Origin: Lepidodermella squamata
Taxonomy: Eukaryota > Animalia > Gastrotricha
Assembly (NCBI GenBank): GCA_047495785.1
Contig: JBLDXI010000042.1
Span: 5,084,001 to 5,148,000, forward strand
DNA: 64,000 nt
Direction: 5' to 3'
In this document: one piece after another, positions 48,600 to 60,329 of the stretch
Position numbering within the stretch: the first letter of the stretch is position 1
Layout of the letters: each line of letters starts with the position of its first letter
Translations under genes and position numbers: made by a program
The notes under the pieces: model-generated
What the model was told of the DNA's origin: nothing
The model's database searches: none
What the model saw: the letters and a program-made list of their open reading frames with translations, nothing else

Positions 48600-50146
48600 T
48601 CATAGCTCATCCTTGTGCCTGTTCAAAAGAGTGTATCTTTCAGCAGACGGGCCGAGTTTGACAATTTCCGATTTAGCCACTTCATTTGGTACCATAGGTG
48701 CCACATCAGTAACGGAGCCATTTGCATCAACCGAGTATTTCTTCTTCATAGGAACACCACGAGCTCCGATGTAGACTTCATCTTTTCGCTGCTGGAGTTT
48801 TTTCTCATTCTCGTGAAATTCTTTATGCAATTTTCCCGAGTAAAGATCGTGGGAGAACGTCCGAAGGGCCCATTCCTCGCCCATTTCTTCCACAGGCCTC
48901 GGAAAATTGTACATATGCTCGAAATCATCAATGACCAAAATTGGCAGATCTTCGGTAGTGCGGCCCAATTTCTTGAGAGCTGAGCTAAATTGTGTACCAT
49001 CGGCGTAAACAGCTTTTAAAGAGTATCGCTCGTCGAAAAGCTGTTTGCTAACTTCCAGCGCGTATTTCTTCACAATTTCACGGTCTTCTGGGTTGTGAAA
49101 CAGGATGAGAAGCGGCGTGCCGAGTTCAGCGATTCGTTCTGCGTTGTCGGGATTGAGTTCTTCCACTAAGGGTACGCAGAAATTTTCGATCCATGTGTTG
49201 AGTTGCGTTTCGTTCTCCGCATCGCCAGGGAACTCCGTAAAGGCGTCATTCAGCTATACAAAATTGGGAAATCGACATGCTTACAATTATTTGCTAACTT
49301 TTTGAATAGAGGAATAGTGAAGTGGTAAGTGGTCATTTTCAAATTGCTATTTTTCTATATAGAATCAATTCAAAGTACAAAATGAAATCGACCTTTGAAG
49401 TAAACATCGATAGATTATAAACTTTGAGAGAACTCACAGCTGAATTGATGTGTCTGATCAAGTAGCCCCTATCGCCGGTCGTGTACTTGGGGATATCATC
49501 ACCATAATACGCGTGAAAGTCACAATCCTCACGAAACTTCTCGGACAGTGCCTCCAATTTCGAAATAACCGATTTCGCAACTTCGCTCTCTCGCTTTTCA
49601 GGCCGCATTGTCAGCACCACGTGCCGTTTTTTGGTTCCGGAGAAGTCTGAAATTTCGGCGAGAGACTTGGCCTCAAGAAATGGAGGCCTCAGGTGCAGAT
49701 CAACGTAATCGCGGAAAGCAGCAACCATACGCTCACCTTTGAACTCATGAAGAACTGGCTCGCCTCGTCTGAATAGCCGAATTGTGGGCAATTTCGTGAT
49801 TTTCAAGTTTTCGCACATCAGCTTGCCGTTATGGCCGCTTTCCTCTTCACAGTCGACCTTGGCAAAGAAAAGCCGGTTTGCCCTCATCAGGTTTGCCGAT
49901 AAGAAAACAGCTCCTTCTTCGAAAGTTGGCCTCATCACGTGGCTATGTGGGCAAAGTTGAGCATAGAAGTAGATCAAAACTAGTTCTTTATCCCTCATAA
50001 ATTCATGGCGATCTGTTTCGCCGATTTGCGTGACTTCGGCAGCCAAAATCGACGAGAAAAATAATCCTAATAAAATGCCCTGCAAGAGAAGGAGTGGGGT
50101 CCGAGGAATTCCAGATAAGACTTCGGGAAAAACTCACACTGAACAT
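48600..50146 (-). CDS. ERP44: ERp44-like ER protein 6 (exons 50146-50138, 50079-49438, 49253-48600); CPHS motif, ends KDEL
   Basis: Signal peptide MFS|GILLGLFFSSILA, YFYAQLCPHS, AKVDC, KLPTIRL, VIDDFEHMY, SGKLHKEFH, KLGPSAERY. Confidence 0.9.
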
Positions 50147-50484
50147 TGACAGTTTTGTGGATGTACTTTGACGCTAGATTATGCTATACTCACCATTTGA
50201 AGTAAAAGGCATAAAGCTGACGTAGCTCTTCGAGAACAGTCTCTTAATTTGTAGATGCTATCACGTCTTTAGTGCTTAAGCTGCACTCGGTTAAAAAGCT
50301 AAACACCTGACTATTAACAACATAATATACCCGGCTTTCATGAGCTTGAAGAGCTAAGTGAATTAGATAGTTGGCCTTTTCATCTCTGATTTCGTCCTAT
50401 TTCGAATTCAAAGGCTGATTTTATAATTTATTCGATTATTGCATTATTTCTCTCACATGAACAATTGGGTCAAACAGATTCTAA

Positions 50485-52582
50485 TTAGCCCAGTCGCTTC
50501 TTCTTGCGACAGAACCGAACTATTACGAGCGAAGCTTGTTGGAATTGGCGAGGGGTGAGGATTTTCATAACAGCTGTCAAGCACATTTCAATATTCAACA
50601 ACAACATGGCTGTACTATGTAAGCGATGCGTCCCGATTATCGGGCCGAAACTATGGGGGAAACTTTCGGCAAAAAAAGCGATACCAAGCGGCAGGTGGCA
50701 TATCGAGTTGATTGTAAACGCTACCAGAGATTGTTGAGCGAAGAAAAATTCACGATGGCGCCACGAAGAGTCATCTGAGCATGTTTGCAAGCTAATTGAT
50801 GCTAACAGGCTCGCGTTGACTCGTTGCATTTTCTTGAAAATCGCCCAGTAATTCATGGCAAGAACTGAAGACGTTGAAAGGACTGCAAAAGAGTAGTAGA
50901 TGAATAGTAGGGCTGAGGTGTTGAAATATTCGGTGAGCTTGTAGTCAAACGCTCCACAAAGGTGTATGTATCTTGAATTGTCCACGGGTAGTGCCTGATG
51001 GCCCAGAATGCTGTATGGATAGACAGTTAATACCGTCGACAAGGAACCGCAGAGCATAAAGCCGAAAGCAACAGTGATCGAAAGCTGTAACACACAAAAG
51101 CACTGGATTAAGAAAAGAGAATAGCAAGAACTCTATTCCACCTCAGGCTTACATTCTCACTTCGGTTTAATGACCCAAACTTTCAAACGGAAACACGCTG
51201 CAAGGGAAAATCAACCGGGGATTCCAAATCTAAACAAGGCTGAGATTCTGATTCTCTTAATTCTTCAAATGCTGAGCTATCATGAGCAGGACTTCGGCAC
51301 GTAACTCTCATCAGCATTTTGGACTGAAATAATTTCGAATAATATATGCTTTCGCTGGTTATGTGTTTCACGCAATTACATAGTTAGGTTAAGATTGCAT
51401 AATATCGATCGAGATACACCAAGTGGCCAAATCGATTCAGATGCGACATGTATCGATTTATTGCATACGTCTGAAGACAGCTAAATTACTGCGCAATTCT
51501 CTCTCTCTCTCTAATTCAATTTCCCTAACCCGATGTCGGCTGTGTTATGACAGCGTGTAACTGTTGGTCATTTCTACGTCACGCACTGTTACACTTGTCG
51601 AGAGAAATTAGGGATAAAGAGGATAATAGCAATAACGCGGAACTCTGTAATCTAGAAATACCCCCTTCCGTTTATAACGAATGCAGATAATTGGGTCATT
51701 TCTCCTAACCTCAGAAGAGACAAATCGCTGCTGTTACCTATAATGACTTTTGTTTGGAATAAACTGAATACCGTGTTTCAATGAATAACAGCCTTCAAGA
51801 ATTTGAACTTTGAACATTAAAATAAGATAGGAACATATCGCGACTTCCGCGCCAGAACAGTGTGCCGGAAATAGAAACAAATGGCGTAATGCATTTGATG
51901 CGGAGAGAAAACTGGCGTCCAACTTTTTTTCTCGCGATCAGGCACGCGACTGACTTGGCGAAGATGCAAAAAGTTAGTTTTACGCCATTTGTTTCTATTT
52001 CCGGCACACTGTTCTGGCGCGGAAGTCGCGATATGGATAGGGAATAGGGTATCAGCTTTCAGCTATTGAAACCTGTTTTCTTTTTAAGCGGAGTGCGTCG
52101 AAGCCGAGACAAACCTTGAGCAGACTGGATCTGTAGTTAGGAGAGTCCGATAGCGCTCGAAGCCGTCGCTCGTAACTGATAATCCTATTCATGTAACACC
52201 CGAAAGGCCCAATCGCTAAGGCTACCCACATTGAAGAGCGGCAAAAACCAGCGTTGAAATTGCCATCGTGCAGCGTTACCAGAAAACCGAACGCGAAATT
52301 AAAGGCCAGCAAAGCGTTGCGCAGGTCATAAATCGCGTTCAGAACAAAAAACTCGCGCTTTACGCCTCGTTTGATATAAACGCCCAGGCTTCCTAACGCT
52401 GATAGAATGATGAATATTGGCGATATCAGAAATGGCAAGCTGTATGCCAGGCGGTCGCTGACTGTTTGAGCAGTTAGATCCGTATACCATATGAAATACG
52501 GCCTGGGTTCATTGTAACCTCGGCCAGATATATTCACCAGTATCCAAGCTCCGTTTATAACGTATGCAACTGATCTATTCAT
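50485..52582 (-). CDS. Divergent class A (rhodopsin)-like 7TM receptor, about 355 aa (exons 52582-52115 and 51084-50485)
   Basis: Seven hydrophobic segments, N-terminal NxS sites, Cys before TM3, DRY-like SYERR, Cys in ECL2, CHLP in TM6, basic tail; phase-0 GT-AG intron. Confidence 0.75.
51839..52030. mobile_element. MITE with CG termini flanked by ATAT, copy 2 (GPCR intron)
   Basis: Inverted copy of 14804-14997; ATAT at 51835-51838 and 52031-52034. Confidence 0.9.
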
Positions 52583-54604
52583 CAAATCGCCTTGAAAATT
52601 AGTGAAATGTCGCGTAAATTGAATTCGCTTTGCCACATTTTAAATTCGATTATCATCTCTTTTCTTCTTGAAAGAATTGCTAAGGTACTCAATTATCGGA
52701 CTAATAATGTCACTTCACCTAATAATATGTCGTCCTTTATCGAGTCCGTTTGAAATCTTCGCGCAAAGCAATCTTCGCTAAATTAAACTTCAGCGGACAT
52801 GATTACCTTGCAATCAGAAACAGTCCATTTGTCATTTGAAAATCTGCTAACGAACATGGGATGAAAATACGTCAGGCGTAGATGTTTCGGAACTATCCCA
52901 TCGTCAATGCAGCGTAACGGAGAAAAATAGGGCGTGGGCTCTCAGTTTTCGACCGCTTCGGAATCCGAGCCAAATCTTCTGCAAAAATAAAAATCTGGAT
53001 CTCTATTCTCGCGAATTTAATAATTTCAGGATCCCGTGAGCCGAATTACTGACATGCAGCTCCTCTCTTCAAAACTCAATTTCGTGAGTCCTAGTTTTCA
53101 GTTCGCAATGTTTGGTTAATATGAAACATTATAGCTCTTATCCACAAACTAACTTCGGAGAGGGTGTCTCCGGAGACGGAGCATGCAAGTTCCGAATACT
53201 CAAGCGAAACCTTGGGGCAATTGAGCCGTGCGAAGTTTCTATTTTTGGCGGGCTGAAGATTTCGAGCGCGCAAAATTGAGCAGGTAGACCTAGGGTTTGC
53301 AATTGTTTCAATTAGACTTGAATCCTCAAAATTCCTACATAATAGGATGCGAAATGAGGCGACAAGACGCATGAGGCAAAATTTCGACGCGAAATTTAAC
53401 ATTTTTCAGAATAATTAAAAAATAATTACCAATAATAACTGAATCATTCTTCGAACCCGCACTAAAAGCTAACATTTTTATTGTAACCCGGTAATTTGTA
53501 TTTCGGATTTATTGGTGAAAGGAAGGATATTTTACTGCGCGCGTTTCATATGCTAGAAATGTACGTCATTATAGTCAGTTACAATCAAAATTACGAATCA
53601 ACGATGCCACGTGAACATTTAATCGATGTCGTCGCCCTAACTCGCGCGTTCGAATGTCCACGCGCGCGTGTGTATGCAGTAACTTCGGACGCGCACAAAT
53701 TTCGGTTCGGAGAGCAGTTGTCGGAATCAGTTGTCGGGGCATAGTTTCACTAATATGAATATATTCATGAGATGTCGTGAAAGCAGGACATTCTTATTTG
53801 AGTGCCTAAAATGGCAGGAAAATTTGAGCACTTAGAATGAGGTTACAAAAAGTCAAAACTTATTTTTCCGGAATTTTTCTGACATAATTATCAATTATCA
53901 ACTTTGAGGGCTTTGGAATATTAATTAGCACCTTATGAATATTCATATTTTTAAAACTATTAAAACTTCTTTTGGTCTGTCCGACTTTTTATTGTTAGCT
54001 GCGCTTGACACATACTTGGAGCAAAAAATAGTTCGGGCGCGTGTGAGACATTTTTAGTTTCAACTCAACAAATTCCTAACCGTGCGTAACTTTTGAATCT
54101 CGCTGTATCGAAGACGAAAACTTTGCACACGTCTCTGAATCAGTTTGAGAGCGTAACCAAGTGTTCCCGTGTTCCCGGTAATGCAGTGTTGCTCAGCCAC
54201 AACACGTTCTGAATAACATCATCTCTTTCCATGGATTTTTCATCGAATAAATGTCATTATTTAAAACGTTTCATTCACATGTTTATTCGGCTTTGCGCGA
54301 TACCAACGGCTAATAGCTAGCATGAAACTAGATCAATAGCGCTGAGTATCAATTTTAATTATTTCTATATTTCTTTTCATTTTACCTTCAGCGGTGATAA
54401 CAACATGATGATTGACAGACACTCCCTGCTCAACGAGCTTCGAGGTTTGCGCGCAACGGCATAATTCAGTGGGAGAGCCGTCTGCGTTCGCAAGGAGACA
54501 TCTCCAAGTCGTACCGTGCTCTAGGTCGAATCACACCCTTCCGCATAAGGAAAACAAAAAAATTGTCTCCGCAAAAAGTATATTAGGAAAAGTCCGCCCG
54601 AGAA

Positions 54605-55780
54605 ATGCGCATGGCTGCATTGCTTTTCGCTCTGCTTTCTCTTGGGGTGCCCTCAGCCACTGGCCAGTCATTGATGAGCTCCTTCGAGAAATGGGTCAGT
54701 AAGCCTGAGCTGAATAACATGCTGCCAGCTACGTTGCCGCCGTACTATGATCAGCAGATCAATTCAAAAACTGAATGCATGTCTCACTGCACAAGAAACG
54801 CGAGTTGCAGCAGTTTGGCTTACAGCGAGTCGAAGCGAGTGTGCAAACTGTACAGCCATCTCGGCTTGGTTACACCCCTGCCGAAACTGAAGCTGGATCT
54901 AGGTCAAGGCCATAAAATGTACTATCGAGTACGTATTGCGTCATACTAAGCCATTAGCCATATTAGCCATTAGCCACTGGCAGAATAAACATTAATTTTC
55001 TATTATTCCTTTGAAAGGGTCATTTCTGCCCGCCTGGTTGGATATCAGACAACGATAGCGACCGTTGTTACCTACTGCAGAGTGAAACATTGTGGCGGCA
55101 ATATTCCTGGAAGGTTTGCGACGAAAACTTTCAGTCGGAACTAGCCACCTTCCAGAACGTCGACCAGCGGCGTCGGCTCTACCAGGTAATTCGGAAATCT
55201 TTTGAACCTATTACAATCGCCTTTCTTCAGATTCTGAAGAACAACGCTCCGTCGAATTCGACCAACTGGTGGACTGGCTATGCTTCATTCGCTGCAAACG
55301 TCTGGCCACGGCCTGTTCAGGAGATCAAGGGCTACCTCAAACGCAAGGGCAATGTGGGCGATGACTTTTTGACCCTCAATAATGTTAAAGGTCCCAAGGA
55401 ATGCGCCAGCATGTGCGATCGTGTCTATCGTGACAGTTGTGTTGCCTTCGCCTACATCCGCCGTGATAACTACTGTACTCTAAAATCATCTTCTTACAAC
55501 GGACCGGGTACCTCGGTCGATGTCGACGTGTGGACGTATGAAAAAATTCGTGGCAGGCCTACCGCACGGCGTCCCAATTTGAAAGTAAACTCTGCTTCTG
55601 GTAACTGCTTCGATGGACAAGCTGGTAATGCTTTGACGCTTCAGAAATGCGCGGATAGTTGTAAGGCAACGCGCGGCAGGTGCGTGACTTACCAATTTCC
55701 CAGACCGGCATTTAGGCTGCAGAACAACGCCGAACACAGGGGTTGAAAATGTCTGCTGAACAAAGGGGTGAAATCGAATT
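54605..55780 (+). pseudogene. Secreted PAN/apple + C-type lectin-like protein, interrupted by TGA (55744-55746) and a MITE
   Basis: Signal peptide; PAN1 (ECMSHCTRNASCSSLAY..CKLY); CTLD start (CPPGW..CY..C..LATF..WWTGY); PAN2 (ECASMCD..CVAFAY..CTLK); PAN3 (KCADSC..CVTY..*KCLL). Introns at 54929-55017 and about 55186-55230. Confidence 0.75.
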
Positions 55781-56333
55781 GTACTGACTTGTTCGGCTTT
55801 TTTACGCCAATTTGTTCGGCCTTGTTCGGAAATGTTGGGAAAATAATTTCAGCCAGAAAAAATAAAAATGTGCGATGGCTGTGGGAGTTGAACCATCGTT
55901 CTCGCACTCCTTACTCAGCCTCTCTCACCACTAAGCCATCTACTCTCTTGAAATCAGAGACCGTTTTCTAGCTATATAAATGAGTGGGTGTAAATCGTAA
56001 CTTGGAAACTATAATGGCTATCGAAATTCTGAAAAAGCCATCAGATTCAGCGTGTGCGCTTTCATTTTCTTTATGGACTTTCTTTGCTGGCAAGAGCGCT
56101 GGTGCCCACCGATGTTCAGTATTGAGCTATTCATTTAAATAGCTAGAAACCGGTCTCTGATTTCAAGAGAGTAGATGGCTTAGTGGTGAGAGAGGCTGAG
56201 TAAGGAGTGCGAGAACGATGGTTCAACTCCCACAGCCATCGCACATTTTTATTTTTTCTGGCTGAAATTATTTTCCCAACATTTCCGAACAAGGCCGAAC
56301 AAATTGGCGTAAAAAAGCCGAACAAGTCAGTAC
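55781..56333. mobile_element. Young MITE with about 200-bp TIRs and AATT TSD
   Basis: 55781 to about 55983 is a near-exact reverse complement of about 56131-56333; AATT at 55777-55780 and 56334-56337. Confidence 0.92.
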
Positions 56334-56726
56334 AATTCGCTAGCGACGCGGCATAAGGGACTATTTGGACGGTAACTTTTTTACCGCACAGCAAACATAG
56401 TACTGAGAATAAAGTGCTATTTTTACCGTCCTTTTTACCGTTCAGTAACTTCATCTCGTCATTGTTCTCATGTGCGCGGTAAATATTTTACCGTAAACGG
56501 CATCCCACCGCAGCACTAAGGCAAACAATAGTCACATACGGTAAGCTTGTTTTCTTTGTGTTCACGGAGGTTTCGTTTAGAAGTTTGCGAGCGTCCTTCA
56601 TGACTACATGATATGCTAGCTGCATTAGGTATGCCGCCGCGTGAACATGACACCTACTGTTCATGTATTAAAATTTAACATGTTATTATTTCCGAGTGCG
56701 AATATGCCAAACGCTCGACCCTGAAA

Positions 56727-56934
56727 CCGATAATCGAAGCGTTGACGCCAGCGATTTGTGCGATCGATCGATTTGTAATTAGTTCAGTTTTGTACTCCAG
56801 GACAATGAGTTAATCCCCTGCCATATGGCCCCGATAATCGAAGCGTTGGCGCCAGCGATTTGTGCGATCGATCGATTTGTAATTAGTTCAGTTTTGTACT
56901 CCAGGACAATGAGTTAATCCCCTGCCATATGGCC
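56727..56934. repeat. 104-bp tandem duplication
   Basis: The unit CCGATAATCGAAGCGTT...GCCATATGGCC starts at 56727 and again at 56831, with one visible mismatch. Confidence 0.95.
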
Positions 56935-57488
56935 CCCATAGCGTTGTATGGTTTTGGTGGGGAGTGAGCACTCTATCATCTCTATGACAAAACCAAAAAA
57001 TAAAGCAAAAAATAAAGCAAAAAAGTCATTTCCACTGATTTAATTCTCGTTAAAACTAGAGCAGCCTTATTCCCGAGTTGGCGAGGTTTTCAGAATTTTT
57101 TCGGCAGAATTTACCATTGAGCTGGGTGACAATGAGAATTCCTGGCCAATATCTGACTATTATTGTTCTGTTGAAATTTGAACTTTCTTACGTTAATCTC
57201 ATCAAAAAATGTAAATAGTTGGGCATTTCCAAAATGGCCTGAAATCTGCAGCTGATCTGCAGCCAGTCGGCTAATTTTGTGCCTTGAAGATGTACGTAAG
57301 TAATCAGTATTAAAGTAAATTAGTAATATTAAGCCTACCTGAGCGTTCGTTAATTATAAATGAAATTGGCGATATTATAATATTGAATAATAATCATTTT
57401 GCAATAAGTTCAACGCTGAGGTTGTTCTTTTACGTTAAAATTGTTGCTGATCGGCTGTGCTATTAACGACACATTAATTACTGATTAT

Positions 57489-58200
57489 ATGGCTGAAAAC
57501 GGCAGACCGCCTTCCGGTCGCCGCCGAAGCCGCCCGCCCGATGGGGGCGTTCAGCAGAAGAAGTCAAAACCGGACCCACCGTTGTCTGCCACTGACGGCG
57601 CGAAGCTGCCGAAGAAATTCAACGTGAAGGGCGGGGCTCTCGGCCGCTGCCATCGCCGAGGTCTAAGCACTCATCCTACAGCACCGCAGTGCCGATGCCT
57701 CTCCGTCGTCCTCCGTCGACCGCATGGATGCCGACGCCGCTTTCCGGTGCTCCGGGCGTCGTCGTCCTCTCCGCCGGTCACCAATCAGCCGCCGGCTCGT
57801 GGTGCTCCTGTCAGCCCGGCTCGTCACGCGCCGGCCCCGTCTAACCCTGTTAGCAAACGTGTGGTTATCATTGATAATGTCTTTGGCATGTCTCGAAGTG
57901 AGCCTGAGCCCGAGCTAGTTAGAGCTGCGCCCTGGCTCGAATATCAAGCGGCGGTTGACATGCGCAGTGGTGGCCTTCGGGTCATCTGCTCCACGCCAGC
58001 TACAGCGGATCGCCTCTTGAAAAGAGACCTTGTCGCCGGTGCCTTCCGAGGGTCCAACTACCGTGTTCATCGCCCCGGTGAGCCAGATTCGACTCGTCCC
58101 TTGCCTCCTGCCGTCGAGAAAGAACACCGTACCGTGCTGACCTCGCGTCTATCGGCCTGCTACTCTGTTGCCGATCTGCGGGCCCACCTCTCGCCAACGG
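57489..58200 (+). mobile_element. Truncated non-LTR retrotransposon ORF1 (gag-like) fragment
   Basis: GC-rich intronless ORF with a Pro/Arg-rich N-terminus and then KRVVIIDNV..GGLRVIC..RTVL, resembling LINE ORF1 RRM-like regions. It ends abruptly at AT-rich sequence. Confidence 0.5.
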
Positions 58201-58951
58201 ACAAACGAGACCAACAATACCGAAAATAGGTTGTTTACTCAGGCTTATATGTAACGCAAAATAAGCCGTGTAAGCGCAATGTAACGCAATGTAACCGACT
58301 AGCGATCCTAAGCCAGGTCCTAGTTTTACCATTTTTCCAACATTTTTCTGTATTATTGTGCGACAATTTTTTATGTAAAACGATTCGTCGTGAATTGAGG
58401 ATTTCAATAATCCAAGTCCCATTCTCCTAGCTGTCACACCTGAGAAGGAGATGCACCGCTAAACACCGCGCTCGCTCTAAAATTGATGCGCAATGGGAAA
58501 ATGCTGATAAAACCCTTTTCATTAGTGTTAAAAACGTAATTTTTCGCAGCTGTTACAGGTTACAGCGCTACGCAAACACGACGAGTTTTTCGTTTGCCCG
58601 AGCGATCAGAACAATTTTGCATGTGTTTATCATGAAGTGTCCATACTGTTCTTAGTCCCAAGACTTCGGAGCGTATTACGCAACTTCGGCCGTCCGAACT
58701 TCGGATGGCCGTCCGAAGTCGTTTATAAATCCAGCATAAGTCAAACGGGTTATCCTGTAATGGGACTAGGGCTCTCAGGCGCTCGTCGATCAGCCGGTAA
58801 ATCGACCTGGGGATGAACCTGGTTGGCGAAGGGGTTATACATATTTGCCAACACTCCGCATTGTGAAGCAATTGGTTTCCTCTACAAGCGTCGCATAGTC
58901 ATCGTTTTGAAAAATAATAAATAATAGGCCTTCGTTATACATAAAAATCAG

Positions 58952-59063
58952 ACGCCCTTTTGTCTCGGCGCCCTTTTGTCCGGCGCCCTTTTGCCTTTCG
59001 CCCTCATGTCCGGCGCCCTTATGTCTTTCGCGCTTTTATCCGCGCCCTTATGTCATGGTACTG
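58952..59063. repeat. About 15-bp tandem repeats (CGCCCTTTTGTCCGG type), probably one transposon end
   Basis: About 7 degenerate units ending in GTACTG. Confidence 0.75.
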
Positions 59064-60329
59064 TTTATTGCATCGTGTTTTCGTTGCACATAAACACGCT
59101 CATACTTAACACCACGCATAACACTATTGCTGCCACGTGCATTCCGCCCTATAAAAATTCATTTTCGAGCGTTCAAAATTGCACTTCAACTCCACGTAGT
59201 GATCAGATTGCGCACTCACGATGCGACATTGAAACAAAAAATGAACAAAAAAACCCCTCCTTAATACTATCTGCCAAATTTTTCGACTATCTTGGATAGC
59301 ACTTTTACATTTTAGATTTTTTTGAAGATTTTTACTTGAAATCGGTCATTTCATATTTCTTTCTCATTATATGCGTCGCGTAGATCGTTTCTTGCTCTAT
59401 CGTTTCATGAAAACCTCACCGTGCCGAAATTTTCGTATCGTAAAGTATCCCGCTTACAAATACAAACACTTTAGTGACTGGTGGCACCGAAAAACGAGCT
59501 ATCCACCTTATCAGAAATTTCAACCAGGTGAAATGTCATGGCTATAGCAAAGATCGAGGTACAAGGAGTACATTGATATTTGAGCGGTGTTCGTAGCTAT
59601 CATGGTTGTTGAGAAACGAAGCCTCAAATTGTCCGACCCAAAAATGCAAATTTTCGAAATTCGCTCTCAAAAATCTAAATTATTGGCATACATTCGCAAT
59701 TAGCTTCTCTGCACACACTGATCTTAACCACACGCATTCAGTTGTATATCATATAGGGTATTTGAAGGTGAGGAATCTATTTGAAAGCTCAAAACAGCAG
59801 ACCAATTTATGCCAGTACCTCCACAAGAGCCTGAAATTGTAAGAATCCGCGGACGATGGCACCTTTATTGGTATGAGCTCCTATATCTACTGCAGACTAA
59901 TGATTTATTAAATTGCAACACTTGGAGCAGATCTGATTTGTGTCTGAAAAGCTTTGCAAAGCAGAACAAATCGCTTTATCGCCCCAGAGATCTACCCGTA
60001 AACCGTTCTCGTCATAAAATACGCGCCACTTTTTTGCCTTCAGTGTGCGACTTTCAGGGGGCCGAGCCAGACAACAAAAATGAGAATTTATCCCTTGTTG
60101 CGTTATTTTTGAGAGCTTATGGAGCGTGATTTAGTGGAAAATCTTCAAAATTTGCTCGCATCGCTCGCTTTTCAGTTAAAATGACTTGTCAGTTTGACAA
60201 AAAGATCAAATCATTTTTTTCATCCATGGCAGCTCCGGAATCCAAGATCGCACCCTGCTTCAACTACTCTGAAACCCTGAAAAGTAGTCTGCATTCTCGC
60301 CAATAGATCGGTTTGAAGTGCCGTAAGCC

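Noticed and set aside
55744-55746. In-frame TGA as selenocysteine
   Set aside because: It is not at a conserved Cys position (the PAN Cys follows two codons later), no SECIS was recognised, and a MITE disrupts the same exon.
56169-56245. Functional tRNA gene
   Set aside because: A and B boxes are present, but the acceptor and T stems do not pair properly.
55768-56454. Twin ORFs with nearly identical peptides on opposite strands
   Set aside because: Both translate the same TIR; a consequence of the inverted repeat.
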